This document shows positions 31,429 through 46,200 of a stretch of 59,223 bases of DNA, piece after piece. The notes under the pieces were generated by a model, which saw nothing but the letters and a program-made list of their open reading frames with translations, was not told the DNA's origin and searched no databases. Positions within the stretch are counted from its first letter, which is position 1; every line of letters begins with the position of its first letter. Source of the stretch: Cyanophora paradoxa CCMP329 (Eukaryota > Plantae > Glaucophyta); NCBI GenBank assembly GCA_004431415.1, contig QPMI01000213.1:1-59223 (forward strand), in the 5' to 3' direction. Position numbers and translations under genes: made by a program.

Positions 31429-34400
31429 TTAGGCGTCGATGTGGGGGGCGGTGAGCGGAGAGCTCGAGCCGGAGGCGCGGCCGCGGACGGTCGGGGCGCC
31501 GAACTCGCGGACCTCCGTCTCGGCTGCGGCGGCCGCCATCATCTCCGGGTTGCCGACGCAGGAGAACGAGCGGCTGGCGCGGCCCGTGCGCGCCGCGGCG
31601 ATGTCGCCGAACGAGGACGGCTGCGGGATGTTGAGGGGTCCCATCGGCACGTCGGCCGGCGCCACGCGGAACGAGGCCGAGCGCGAGGCCGGCAGCGGCG
31701 CGTAGGCGCCCTTGGAGCCCGAGCCGGAGCCGGTGGTGTAGGCCGAGGCGCGGGCGGCGGCGCGGATGGCGTCGATCTCAGAGGCGGTCATGGCGCCGAC
31801 GTTGCGGCTCTTGACGATGTACGCGACCGAAGCGACGGCGACGACGGCGATCACAGCCACGCCCGCCGGCACCGCTGCGACGGCGAGTCATAATCAGCCT
31901 CGATGTCAACTGCGGGACTGTGCGGCTCGTGCTTCTCACCGATGGCGACGGCGAGGATGAGGTTGTTGTTCGCGGCTCCGGCGGCGGCGGCGACCGGCAC
32001 GTCGGCGGCGACGTTCGCAGACGCGCCGGCCGCGGCGCCGGCGCCGGTGGCAGAGCCGGAGGGGCCCGAGAGGACGAGCGTGCCGGGCGAGCCCGCGGCG
32101 CCGCCGGCGATCGAGCGGAGGCCAACGGCCGTCTGGCCGCCGGGGTTGACGCCGTCGCAGTAGTCCTTGTTGAAGCGCGCGTTCGCTGCGCGCTCCAGAG
32201 TAAGAAAACGAACGCGAGAGGCAGAGCCGAAAATCGCGCTTTGGGATCGGGATCGAACGCACATGGCATGAACCAGGTGAGCGAGACACCGGTCTCGCAG
32301 CACCGGGGCGCCGCCTCACCGGGCACCTGAGTGCACCAGTTCATCGTGTAGCCGTAGCAGTGCCTGTGGGCATTACAAAGTCAGGCGTAAGAGTGGTGCA
32401 TAAAGATATATAGACTCGAATCTTAACGCACGAGGGGTTGATGTTGTTGGCCAGGGCAGAGTTGGGGATAGTAGCCGCAGTCCGCCCCGCAATCGAGCTC
32501 GGGCCGCGCTGCGTTCGACCAGAGGCGCATCAGACGAGGGGCATTTTGTCAATTGTTCTCACGAACAATACGCGCACGATGATGGACTCGTAGGTGGTGC
32601 CGTTGATGCCGTTCTGGCCCATGTTGTAGCGGCGGATGTTGAACTTGATGGTGCTCCAGGCGGCGCCGCCGGAGTACCTGGCATTGGGCGTACCGATCAG
32701 AATCGGAATTGGAATAGGATTCCTCTTACACGGCTTACACGGGCGAGAAGCTGAGGATAGCGGTCTTGTAGCCGTACTTCTGGAACGAGTACTCGTCCAT
32801 GACGATGTCGACGTCCTCGGGGTTGGCGCCGTCCGCCTTGTACGAGATGCCGGAGAGGGTCGGCCACGCGAGCGCGCCGTTCGAGACGGTCTTGCAGATG
32901 GGCTGGACCACTGCATCGTGCACGCCGCGGTCGCGAGAGAGATCAGACACGATCTCTCGATATTCTCGATGCATGCATATGTGTCTCACCGGGCATTGTA
33001 GTCGCCACGGGGCCGTACGCGTTGCCGCTCTCCGAGGCGCACTTGAGAGTGGCCGGCGAGCCCTCGAGGTGGCAGGCGTCGAGCCATACATTGTACTGGT
33101 AGCCTGTCCATTTAGAGTGCGGTCAGAGCGAGCACGTTTATATGATCGGACAAGGTTAGACGTCGACATCTCACCGGGGCAGAGCTTTCCGAGGCTCAGC
33201 TCGCTTCCGGCAGTGAACTCCTTCCAGGGAGCCGCGGCGTGATCCGCGTCGTTGGTCGGGTTGTCGAGGGGGCAGTCCGCAATGGCGGTCGTCGCCACGA
33301 GCGTCACCTTCACTTTGTACTACGCGGGGCGGGGCGACGATCAGATCGAGATGACCACGGAATCGCGAAGGCGGTCAACGTTTATATTCGAATATTCGAG
33401 CGGCGCGCGCGCACCACAGTGATCGCCGAGCCGCCGTCCCAGAAGGGCGTGAACTGGTCGATCTTGGCGGGGAAGCCGAACGGGCTCTCGGAGAAGGTGC
33501 CCGGTGCAACGGAGAAAATGCCGCTATCAACTTGAACCGCCTCCGGATGGCGCCGAGGCGGTACCGCTGCGCCAGATGAGTATATAAATGAGTTTGAGTT
33601 TCGCTCGGACGCATGCGCATGCGTATGCGCACCAGGAACGGTGATTTGCGCAATCGCATCATTCTCAGCGCACACGTCCGGAGTCTGGTAGCAAGCAGAA
33701 AGGGCGTACTCGTACTTGCGGCCTTCATGTTCGCAGGAAGACAGGTTAAGCTCAGGACAAGAAGCAGATATACGAATTTAGGCGGCGCAGCATGCGCACC
33801 GGGGCAAAGGTTCATCGTCACTTCCGTTGTGCTGCTCACGTATCGCTTCCGCGGGTTCAGGTTGAGCGCGGGCTCAGGCACGATAGTTGATGGGCAGGGC
33901 TCCGCGTCCTTATCGCTCGGAGTCACGGCACGGAGCGCCAGAGTGTAGTACTGAGCGTTTGTCAGCAACGAAGCTATTAGTTGCGAAAGACGGGACGGCG
34001 CAGTCGGCCGCGGCGCGCGCGACGCACGCCATTGGAATCCTGGGCGAAAGGCGTCGCGCCAGAGACCGAGGGAGCGGTGAACTTGGCGACGGCCTCGACA
34101 CCGAGGAGAGCGCCCGTCGGCACGTCGTTCTCGTACTTGAGGACGACCGGGCTCGGCGTGTGGACGGGATCGACGACGAGGCCAGGAGTGCCCAGCTGCA
34201 GGCCCGTGGAGTCCGTAGTGACGTCCTGAGGGCACTTGCACTTGGCCGTGGCCGAATCGGGGCAAGTGACGACCGGGTTGGCGAACTCGTACAGGCTGAA
34301 GTCGCTCGGGGCGGGCGCCTCGGCCTCAGTCTTGAAGGAGGCCTGCCAGGGGGAGGAAACACGCATCACTATTGATTAAAATGCGACGAAGTCGTTGCGA

Positions 34401-35248
34401 AAGAATTTCGACGTTTCCTCACCCGGAAGAAGACCTTGAGCTTAGCATCGCGGAACAGCTCAGAGGTGACAGTAATGTCATACTCCTGCAGGCCAGATAT
34501 CAATTGATATCTGGCCCTTGCAAGGGCCCGGCGCCAGATATTGTTGAAATGTGAAGCACATGTACAGACGCACCGTAGTACCGTCAGTCCCGACAGCGGT
34601 GACCTTGAGCTCGTACGTGGCGTCAGTGCCCGGCAGGGCGGTGCCGGCAGCGACGTTGGTGCCAGCGATCGCGGGGAGGGTCCCGGTCCGGAGGGCAATA
34701 GGGTCGCTCTTCTTGCACTCCCGCCGGAACTTAAACTCCATCGTCTTCAGGGCCGCCGGAGTGTTGGGCTATCGGCATATACGTACAGTCAGAAAACGCG
34801 GGGAGCTCGCGGGGAGCCAAGAACGCGGTCGGACCGTGCCGGCGGGGGCCTGGTTCTTGTCGAAGGGCTCGTACTTCGAGGCCTTGGCGTCCGGGCCGAA
34901 CAGCTTGAAACGGCACCGGACCATGTGCGGCTGCTCCACACCCGACAGAAATACGCGCTGGCATGTCTTCTCCCCGTCCTGCGGGTGAATATTGTTGGGG
35001 GCCATGTTCGCTGCGCAAGTTCAAAGAACCCATGCGCAGTCAGCGACGATCGCGAACAAATCGAATACTTAATAATTTCAACGAGGACGGTGCGCACGGC
35101 AGCCAGTTGGAAGGCCGGCGTTGTCCTTGTTGCACAGTGCGCTTGCCTCCTCCTCGCTGCATCCGTTGCCCGTGCAGCCCGCGGCGGCGACGGAGAGGAG
35201 CGCGGACAGCGCTGCCGCGCAGAGGAGGGCGCGGGCCCGGCGCTGCAT
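31429..35248 (-). CDS. Spliced host gene: type I single-pass membrane protein with a Cys-containing beta-rich ectodomain
   Basis: Signal peptide MQRRARALLCAAALSALLSVAAAG; many short GT-AG exons; C-terminal TM (LILAVAI/VPAGVAVIAVVAVASVAYIV) and a Ser/Ala-rich tail. Confidence 0.65.
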
Positions 35249-37270
35249 CGCTTCGGCGTGGGGAGAGCGGCCGGAGCCGAGAGAGCTGCTCCGATCCGAG
35301 AACGGCCGCGGGCGAAGGATTCCCGTCGGCAACTGATGCGCGCGCTAGTGCCGGCTGCCCGGGCTCCCTTTTATAGTCAGTGGCACTCAATGCGCATGCA
35401 TGCGGCTCGCATGCGCAGGCTCGAGTCGCAGGCTCGCAGCTGCCACTGCCTGCCAGTACTACTACTAGTACGTACGTACTACAGTATACAGGCTGCAGCC
35501 TGGCACTGGCTGGCGCCGGCAGACTCTGAGAGAGCCTGCGCATGCAGGCTGCAGGCTGCACAGTGCCACGCGTATACCGTATACGTACGGTGCGCATGCA
35601 GCCTGCAGTCCGAGAGTCCGCAGGCCGCACTGCGGCCGCCGGGCAGGCGGCGCATGGCCTGAACGGTGCATGCGCAGCGCTAGCGCGCACCGCGGCAGTG
35701 CGCACTGCGCAGCTACCCCGGCCTACCCGGTACCACTATAACTAAAGCCTACTAGACGGTAATTCCAGTTCGGAGGAATCGGAGCTCGGAGTCAGAGCTC
35801 GAGGCTCGAGCTCTTATTACATGAACTCTTCACCTTGCGAACTTGATTCCGAACCTTCAAGGCTTGCGAACTTGTTCCGAACTTGATTTAATTTCGCACC
35901 TTGCGACGAGGCTTGCGTCGATTCGCCGTCGATCGCGAACTGGTTTAAGTCTGGTTACGAATCCGTCGACAAGTCGTCGTACGAATCCGAAGGAGGGGTC
36001 GCATACTCGTAGGAGGTATTCGCTCGTATTCAGGGTCTAGCTAGAAGCTCCTACTAGGATACTAGCCTCCTAGACGCGCGTACATGCAGTGGCGTACTAA
36101 CCGTAGTACCGGACTCGGGACCGAGTACCGGGGCCGGCGTCGGCGTCGGCGCCGTAGGCTCGTAGCCGGCCCGGCCCGTCGCGAATCGCGATCGGGCGCG
36201 CGGCGGGGGCCGCGGGGCTCGTCGACGTCGGCCCGGCGGCGTCACCCCCCAGTAGGGTTGCCGTGTCCCCCGGGACTGCCCCCCCCCCCCCCCCCCCCCC
36301 GGTCGACGTCTCCACCGCCGAGGCGCCGGCCCGGGCACCGTGGCGCCGGCACCGGCGCCCCATGCCTGAAGTCGACGAAGCTGAGGCAGCGGGGGGGGGG
36401 GGGGGGGGGGGGGGCGGGCGAGGAAGCGGGCGGAGCGGCAGGTGTCGCCGGGCCCTGCGCATAGCCTGCGAAGCTTAAGAGCCGACGCGTCGGCTCGCCC
36501 CGGATCCGGACAGCCGCGGCGCGGGGGCGGGGCCTAGCCCGGCGCGGCGCACTAGGAGCAGCTGCGAATACTGCGACGCCGCCACCCTTTGCTACGGAGC
36601 CAACGCGTACGGCGTGGCCCGAGCTCGAGGCCGCAGCCGGAGAAGTGGGCGCGCGTATGCGTGTGGGTCATGATCATCGGATATCGATCACGGAGCCGGC
36701 CGCGTTGCTTACTTTCTCTTCCCCGGACCGGCCGCGGCCCCCAGCCCCCGGCCCGGCCCTGGCTGAGGCTGAGGCCGCCCCCCCTCCCCCCACCCCCACC
36801 CCCACCCCCCCTCCCCCTTTGGTCGACAAGACAGGAAGGGGCTGGCCAGCTGGGCAGCAAGACAAGACGTCGACACGATTGCGCTGTTCTGCGCTCTATA
36901 TATAGCTAGATCTGCGGACAGCTGCAGCTGGTTGCAGCTGGGGCCGGGGCCCGCCAGAGTCCGGGCCGCTGCCCCTGCGATCGCGATCGAGCCGCTGCCC
37001 CTGCAGCTGCGCACGCGCGCGCGGGGGTCCGATCCGACTGTCAGACTTGGAACTCGAGCCCCGCGGCGCTTCGAAATTGGGGCGCTCGGGGATCCAGCAC
37101 CCGCACCAGTGGCAGTTGCAGGTGTGTCGCGAGATTGGGGACCGACCGCACCCTCCGGCCTCGGAGGCGAGACCAGCGAACGGAGCCGCCCCCCTCGAGC
37201 TCTGCACCAGCGATCCGATGATCAGTCCGACATGGGCCAAGCATATATAGGTCCAGAGATTCATATATAG

Positions 37271-40200
37271 CTATAGGCCAAAGATAGGTCCAAAAATTTG
37301 TAGGGAGTCTAAAAGCCATCCCAGCGCCACGCCGTTTTTATGATAATATATATTAGGACCGGAACAATATAGCGAACCGTCGTCCTCGACCGTGCCCTCT
37401 GCGAACGCCGCGAGTCGCTTCGACAGGGCGAGCCAGTCGGCCGCGCGCGCGCGCGCGGAGGGCAGATCTAGAGCCAGCCGCGCCGCCGCGCACACCGCAC
37501 AGGCCGCGGGGGGGAAGCTGCCGTGCGGGCAGACCTGGCGAGATCGTCAGAAGAGAAAGAGAGCTTAAACAGAGACGTAAAGACCAAGACTGGCATTGAT
37601 ATGTGTTTGACCCGCGAATCAACACCGCACGCGTACGTACCCCGGCGCCGGCGTCGAGCAGCGGCGCGAGGCGGCGCAGGCCGTCCAACAGAGACGCGCC
37701 GAGTCCCCCGCGGAGGGCGAGGCGCGCGGCGCCGGCGCCGCGAGGGATTCGGTGGAGGGCTCTTAGGAGGCACTCGACCCGAGCCGCGCCCTCCTCCCTG
37801 CCCAAGCGCGCAGAGCTGTGAGTACGACAGGAGCGCATGCGCAGCTGTATATATGCATGGTACGATAGCTGTACATGTTGTATTATAGTGTAGGCTCGAA
37901 GTTGAGCAAGCGAGCGTCGGGCGCATGCGCACGCGCACCTCGATCGCGCGAGGAGCTGCACGGCGGAGACGGCGCTGCCGTCGAGGCCCGGTCGAAATTC
38001 GGCGTAGGCGCAGTTGGGCAGCGGCCAGCTCAGCCGCAGCTCGACCCGCCCCGCGTCGCGATCGTCGCGATCGTCGCGATCGTCGCGATCGTCTTCGAGG
38101 GTGACCGTCAAGGGCGTGAGACTTAGGCCGGGGAAATTTACAGTCGGGAGGGTTTTCGGCTTGGGCTTGGACTTGGCGGAGGTGGAGATGGTGGCCATGG
38201 AGGAAGAGCGGCTCGGGCTTGGACACGGGGCTTGGGCTTGGGCTTGGGCTTGAGCTTTGGTGGAGGGCGGCTTGGCGGGGCCTTGGCTTGGTCTGGCGGG
38301 GGAAGGAAGGCTTCGCCGGCCGAGGCCGAGGACGTAAGCGGCGGCGAGCATGAGGCCGTGCCAGGCGGCCCGCGCGTGCTTCGGGAGGGCGAGGAACAGC
38401 GAGACGATCCCGGCCTGCGAGAATGGAAGGGACGTGGGGGATCGAAGTAAAACGGCGATCGTGGTTATATTTCTAATTAATGTGAGCGTGAAGGCTTCTA
38501 TCTTCCGGGATCGATATCGTCTCCGATTTCTCAAGGCTCTTGTGAGAATTCGAGTGGGAGGCGCCGCGCACGGCCTCGGTGAGGGCCTTGTCGAGGAGGA
38601 CGACGAGGACGACGAGGAGGCAGCCGGCGAAAACAGCCACCTCGAGCCGGCCCGGGTCCACCTGCGCATGCGCACGCGGGATCGGCGCGACGAGCCAATG
38701 TAAATCGCCAGCGTGCGCAGCCGCTGCTCCGCACGCACGCTGGCCTCCATGTCGAGGAGGAGGACGGCGAGGAGGGCCACCGATTCGCTTGCCGTGGACA
38801 CCACCTGCGCGGCGCCGTCACACGGCGTACTACGGTACACGTGCTCAGGCCTAGGTTCTAATTATAATCCGGCCGTAGATGTACACGCCAGCTTATCATT
38901 AGGATCCCCGGATATATCTAATAAAGCTCAACAAACGGTACATATTCTCTTTAAAGACCATCAATTCTCGCGAATAAAATAAGCTTAAGAGCGGACCTGG
39001 ACGAAGTTGCACCAGCGGTTGATAAAGGGCCGCAGGAGGACGAGGACGCTGCGGCGCGAGGAGTACCGATCCGGTGAGATGCTTGGTTTATTTATTTATA
39101 AGCCTGCAAGCTCGCGATGCCTGGCCATGGGGGCGTGGCGGGCTAAAAGCGACTACAAGTAATTACTAGCAATTACGAGTCGTCTCGACCAGCAACTCAG
39201 TAATTTATAACAAGCTTAAGCTTAGCAAGCTTGGGCGAAGTCAAGAAAGGGGCTCACGCGAGGATGGCGAGGTTCGTGGCGAGGAGGAGCGCGTCCTGCC
39301 CGGCCGCGAGGCGTTAATCGAGCGTTGAAATTATAACGTTGAAACGTTCGATAGGGATATATGCTCTTAACCGCGCATGCGCAGCTCGGATTTGGCCGTC
39401 CCTTGAGCCTTCGACAACAAATACACAAAGTTCAGAGGCGGATCGGACCTGTGTGGCCGGCTGTCGGATGACGGGGTTCGAGCCGCCCGACAGAGCGACG
39501 AGAAAGCAGCAGAGGAGTAGCTTGAAGAGTTCCAGCATCTGCGAGCGACTATGTTCAGTTCCGCGTACAGTTGCTTCAAAAACTAAATACGGATGATTAT
39601 TTGTCATCTGTATCGGAGCGGGGTGCGGGGCGGGCGATATCGATCGCGGGGTACATGCACTGACCTGATAGATGTACATGCCTCGACGCTGCTCATATTC
39701 TTCGAACAGCGCGCTGTATCCTGCACTCGAATTCGATTTTGAATTCGAATGAATTCGAACGGGATTCGTGGGAGCGCTTCTAGATCTCGTACCCTGCGCG
39801 AACAACGCGCCCTTGCCCGCCCTCAAATTCTTGTCCCCGTCGACGCCGTCGGCGCCGCCGCCGTTTTCCTCGGGGACGCGCCACTCGCCGCGCAACACAA
39901 CCATCTCGATCTGACATAAACAGCCTCGTGATGAGAATTCGAGGCCTCGATTTTGTTGATGAAATATTTTTTAGGCCTCGATTTTGTTTATGAAATATTG
40001 AACGACCAACGATCGAGGCTTCGTGATCAGCCGCGCGCGCAGCAGCCGCGATCAGCGCTTTGCTTTTCACGTACCCGTTTGAAGGAGAACGAAGTGACTC
40101 GGTAGAGGGCCACCAGGGGCCAGACGGCGGGCCGCGGCCGTCGGCGCCAGTCGAAGGGGGGAGCTCGAGCTCGAGCGAGAAGGGCGGGGTCGGCGCCCTC

Positions 40201-43200
40201 CGCTGGCGATGGCTGCGGATCCGGAGGCCTAGGCCTAACAGGGCACAGCCGGTCGTACACGGGCCGCATCCAAGCCGGGGCGCCCTCGGGCGCGGGTTTG
40301 GGCGGCTCCTCCTCCTCCTCCCCCTGCTGATCCGGGTGCTCGCCCCTGGCCGCGCGCCCCAGGGCGGCGCGCAGGCCCCCGCCCCCGGGCCTCTTAAGCT
40401 TCCGGTGGTACTCGCCGAGCGTGCGGCACCCCGTGAGCGCGCGCAGCACGCTCCCGTTCGAGTCGTACTCCACGAGGGGCGCCGGACTTCGGCCCGGATC
40501 CAGGTTGCGACGCAGGACGAAGAGAAGCGCCGCGATCGGCAGCGCTCCAAAGACGGCCTGTATTCGTACGAATGAGAAGGAAGTTTGGATCCGGAGCCAC
40601 ATATACAAAGCTTATAATTAGCTTATAGGGAAAAGCTTATAATTCTAATTAAGCCGACCCGTACCATGCAGAGCGAGGAGGCTGCTCGCAATGGGATGTC
40701 GCCGGTCCAGAGCGCGCGCGCCGCCTGCAGATGCACCGCCTCGTAGAACGACAGGAAGAGCCCCCTGCAGCAGATGCGATTATACAATTATAAGCACTGC
40801 AACAAGCCCGGTCTAGATTTAGTAAATAAAGCATTCGCACAGTTCGATGGCGGGAAAGGATAGCATGGAGGGCGCGCTCCTCTTGAGGCGGCGGAGGAGG
40901 GCCAGGGCGAGGAGGTGCAGCGCGCAGGCGCCGGAGAAGATGAATAGCATCCAAACGAAGGTGGTCTGCGTACCGGAATAGGCAGCCAAAGTCAGCGCAC
41001 CGAGCCGGCGGCGGGCAGCAAGCGCAGGAGGGGGATGGGGGGGGGGGGGGTGACAGAAGGGCAGAAGAAGGGGGGCTGGCAGAATGGCAGAATGACTACG
41101 GCTGTGGAGGGGAAGGAGGGGGAGGCGTGGGGGGGGGGGGGGGCGTAGGGGGTAGAAGGGCAGAAGGGGGGGGGCGTAGGGAGGGGCAGAAGGGCAGAAG
41201 GGGCGAAGGGCAGAATGAGCACGGCGGTGGAGGGGGGGAGGGGGGGGGCGTAGGGGGAGGGGGGGCGTGGGGAGGGGGGGCGTAGGGGGGGAAGGGGGAA
41301 GGGGGCGGGCGGACCTTCGCGGCCAGGGCGAGCTCAGCCTCGCTGGCCGCCGGCTCGTCCGCAGCCGGCTTGGGCTCCCCGCCCCCTACATCTAAATTTA
41401 GATCCCCGAGTAGCCGCAGCCGCCGGGCCGGCGGGCTCGAGAATGCGGAGCTCGCAGGCGGAGGCCCGATCAGGTCCAGCGTGGACGGAGGGGCGCTGAG
41501 ACATTATAATCAGATGTCATCAGAGCAGAGACGGTGAGGCGAGGCGGGAGGCGGAAATTGCGTACGTACCCGAAGGGGGAGGGGAACTGGAGGAAGAGGG
41601 GGCCGGCGAGGAACGTTCCCCCCAGGACGAGGAGCGAGTAGGGGAGGCGCCGAGAGGCCAGGGCGGAGATGAGTCCCACCGTGTGAACCTTCGAGAGCAG
41701 ACTCTACAGCGCGGGCAGCTGCAGATGAGAAGAAAGGGACAATGACAGAGAAAGAAGAAAGGGCGATTCTAATTCGGATCCGAATTCTTGATTCTAAATT
41801 CGAATAGGGACATGATAGAGAAAGAAGAATATGAATGGGCGACTTCACATTCGCACGCACCGCGACGGAGCAGGCCCTGGGCGGCTTTAGGTACGCCCCG
41901 CCCTTGCCGCGGCCGCCGACGGCGGGCAGCGCCTTCGACAGCGACAGCGCGCTCCGCTTCGTAATGACTGCGATTGCGATTAATTGCGAATCCGTGCTAT
42001 GTCTAAGAGGGCGTGTCTCGATTATATAAGGATCAATCCGAAAAGCGCGGACTGTTCTTGAAGAGGCTTCGGAAGGTGCTCACGCACGAGACGACGATCA
42101 CAGCGGTCTGCAGCGTTGTATTTAATTTGATTAGTTTTATTACACGACGTTATGAGTAACATTTAGCAAGCGAAGCGCCTCGCCGGGGCGGGAGCGGTGG
42201 TGGACGGGGCGGGACGGGGCGGGACGGGGTGGGGCGCGCCTGGAGGGCGTTCGCGATGCGCTCGGCGAGGCCCGGGTCGATGACGCCGGCGGGCGCCACC
42301 GGCGCCGGCGCCGGCGTCGGCGTCGGCGTTGGGGCGAGGCGGTAGCGGAACGAGGCCGGCGCCGCCGCGAGGGGGAGGGACTCCGCGAAGACGGCCACGT
42401 CGCACCTGTGGCGCGTCAGCGCCGTCAGCTGTGCAGGCAAGGCACGCGTGCCAGGGTCACCCGACAGGGCAGAGTCTTAACTCTACCTCCACACCTAACC
42501 CACCTTAGGCTGTCTCTCCGCGCGCATCATATGCATGGAATAGACGTCGTCAGCTCAAACTAAAGCCTTGGAGCTCACGACCACATGTACATGCCCAAGA
42601 ACTTGGATTGAATGCTTAGGCTTGAGGCTCAAATAGTAATTGCAAGGCTTATATATATATCGAAGGCGAGCGCTTATGTATATATATACCAAAATCTAAA
42701 GACGAGCTGAAAAGGCGAATTCGCACCAGGTCATGGGCGGGAGGGCGGCGGGGCTCGGCGGCGCCGCCACGACGAGCTCGGACGAGGATCTGCGAGCGAA
42801 GCGCGCGCCCCTTCAATTAGATATAAATCGTTTAAGCTTTCAGCTGCAGCTGGCGATGTGCTATAAGGTAATTATAAGCCGTCCACTGGCGTGTCAGGCG
42901 TGCGCATAAATACAAATTGCTTAAGCTTTCAGCTAGCGATGCGAGATGTCAGCTGGCTTGTTACGCGCGCACCGGTCAACGATGGGGGCCGGCTGGTCGC
43001 AGATCGTGACGCTCAAGGGGATGAGCCAGGGCCCCGCGAAGGCGGGCAGCGGGGTGAGAGGGGACGCGGCGACGGTGACGGCCGCGCCGCCGCGCGCGTC
43101 GGCCGTGTCGGGCGTGACGGACGCGATAATGAGACCTGCTCACGTCAACGTTAAAAAATTATGCTTTCATACATTTCAAAAAGCGATTTCGAGAGATTCG

Positions 43201-46200
43201 CATCCGTACCGGCGACGAAGACGCGAGTGGCGCCGACGACGGACGGCGCGGCGGCGACGAACGCGGGTGCGGACTGCAGGACGGTGATGTCGAGAAAACC
43301 TGCCGAGGACGAAAACCGTTAGCAGGAATCTGATCACAGTTGGCTTTCGAAGGCGCCGTTGATTTATTGTATATAAGCGTAGCAAGTGTATGAGAGTGGA
43401 TTTCTTGTATATAAGCGTATATTGTAAATTTATCATAACTGGTTTTAGTATATGCGGATGCACCTGTGTAGCCAGCGACGGGCTGGACGCGGATGCTGAC
43501 GCCGGTCGTCACGCGCGACGCCGTGATCGAGCTCGACGCAATCCAGGGCGAGGGCGAGGCGCCGGCGGCCTCCTGCGCGAGCCGCCGGCGCCGCCGGGCC
43601 GTGCCGGCCTGCGCGGACGCGGACGGTGCCAAGGTCAACGTGATTCGAGCCGCGGCCGTGCAAGCGAAGCCGCACGATGGGAGATCCTTCGGCCCGGATC
43701 GAAAGCGTCTCGGCGTCGACGAACAGGGACTGGCCCCCGCCGCGTATGTCGAGCGCGAGTTCGAAGGACACTCCGGCCAGCACGACGGGAGCAGCGCCGG
43801 GGCCCGACTGCGACCCGCTCGCGCCGGCGCCGGCGACGGCGGGAGCGAACACCGTCTCCGAGCGGACGGGGACGCCGACAGCGACATACGACACATTCGC
43901 GAACGGCGCGCCTCTGCGCACGTGCACTTGTAAGAGCGGGGGCTCGGAGGCGCCCAAATTGAATCTCAAACTTATATAATAAAGTAATGAAAGGTAATGC
44001 GGACCGGTAGGTGGCGTGAAGGGAGCCGCGCCCCGTGCGGAGGCCGGCGGTGCCGAGGCGTACCGCGATCGCCGAGGCGAGCCCAAGCGCGGGGCCGGCC
44101 GGGTCGACCGGCTCGCCCGTCGCGTTCACGCCGCTGCCCGACGCCACCGTCGCCACGTCCGACGCGTTGACGAGCGCCGCGAGGCCGTTCTGCGTTGACG
44201 TTGCCTCAGTTAAGCTTAAGCTGAAGCTTCGATTCATGTTAAGCTCAAGCTTAAGCTTAAGCTTCAGCGTAAGCTTGAGCCCTTAGTAGTTCAAGGTTGT
44301 AATTTGGGGCGCCGGCGGACCACGCGCGTGTCGAGCGTGCAGTTGTACGTGAACCCGGCCCAGATCGGCTCGTCGGCCCGCGACTCGTTCTGCCCACGCC
44401 ACGCGGAACTCGTGGTTAGATTCGAGAAGCTCGAGAAGCTTAAGTTACTGAGTTAGAGGAGCACAATTCTCAATATCGATGGAACGCACCATCGCATCGC
44501 ACGCGAGGCGGCTGGACTTGTCGGGAACGTAGTGGAGGTAGACTTCCGTGCCCCCGAGCAAGCCCGCCGGTGCCGGTGCCGGTGCCGACGACGTCCCGTT
44601 GCACGGCCCGAGCAGCGTCGTCGCCGGCAGCGCCTCGTCAGACAGTGTCGCCAGTTCAACGGCGGCTGTCGCGTTGGCGGCTGTCACAACGAAAGCGGTG
44701 CCATGGCCAGACGAGAACGGCGTCGGGCGCGTCGAGGAGCGCAGCTCGAGCTCGAATGCAAGGCCGGCGCCCGAGCTGTCGGCGGCCGGCAGGATCCGCG
44801 CCGACCAGAGCGACCCGCACGTCCGCGCGGACAGCAGTGCGCCGTCCGCCCAGACAGCCGCGCCCCCCATCGACGTCGCGACGCGGCACTGCTGCGCCGT
44901 CCCGGCCTGCATGGCCGGGCTCGCGCACGACACGGTCGCGTTGTCTGGCACGGCTGCCATCGCCACGCTTCAGCGGAAATTGAACGGAAATTGAGAAGCG
45001 GACAGCGCGCACCGACAACGACGAAGCGGACGGCGCCGAGCAGCGTACACGGCTTTGGCGAGGCGGATGTGCCCAACGCCAGCGCGGCGGTCGCGTTCCA
45101 CACCTGCGAAGGCGGAATCAAGTCCAGAACAATAAATCAAACACTAAGACGTCGACTGCTAACAACTTTCAAGCGGAACCAAGGATCTAGATCTAGAACA
45201 CTATAGCTAGAACATTATGCCTGGCAACGTTAAACAATTTGGGAGCACCTTTGCGGTGGGACAGAAGGAGAAGAGGACGTAGCCAGGGCCCGTGGAGGCC
45301 GCGAGGGAGGGCGCGGAGAAGGCGGGGGCGCCCGCGCCGCTGGCGAGCCCGGCGAACGAAGCCTGCGACGCGTTGACGCCGGCCAGAGAGCCGTTGGACG
45401 AGATCGAGAGGAAAGCGGCGGGGATGGGCGCCGCCGCCCCGCTCTGCACGCGTTGAGAATAGAACAACAACAGTAATGACAATAGTAAATTTAACGTTGT
45501 GGACCTTCCAGGAGGCGAAGGTGCAGCTGACGTTCGTCGAGACGGGCAGCAGCGCCGCGCCAGGCGAGCAGAGCGGCGTGATCGAGTCCACCGCGTCTGC
45601 GTCGGATCGAATGTGAGTGCACTGGTACTACTTGGCCCTGCAGCAGCCCCTTCGCTCGTACTTATATCCTTCTTAAGATTCCTATGCATATATCCCCTTT
45701 TGCTTATTTCCTTTGCCCTTTTGCTTGTGTCCTTAAGCCTCGCACCGAAGGGAACGACGTGGTAGATGTAACGCGCGGACGAGGTCGTGACCCCGTTGAC
45801 CTGCCGCCGTGCGCGACCGGTCACGACAGGGCCCACAGGGCCAAGTACTGTTCAAGCTTCAATGGTATCGCACCGTCAGACGGAACTCGAGGGACGCGGC
45901 CACTCCGACCGCCTCTGCCACCGTGAACGTCGCCGTGAACGAGTCGAAGGCGCCGGTGCCCAGCGCCGGCAGGAGCGCCAAGGAGGCCGTCGCGTTCGCG
46001 CTGGAGGCGGGCGAGCGCTGCGCATGCGTAAGAAAGGGATCCCATCAGACATGTACATCGTTCGATTAACGGAGCATTCGCAATTAATATATATAAGATC
46101 TCCTTTAAGATCTAAGATCGATCCAGGAGGGGGGCGTCTCGCCTGATGAAGTGCGATGGCGCCGGAGGACATGTACTGCTTAACTAAGATCTAAGAATCT

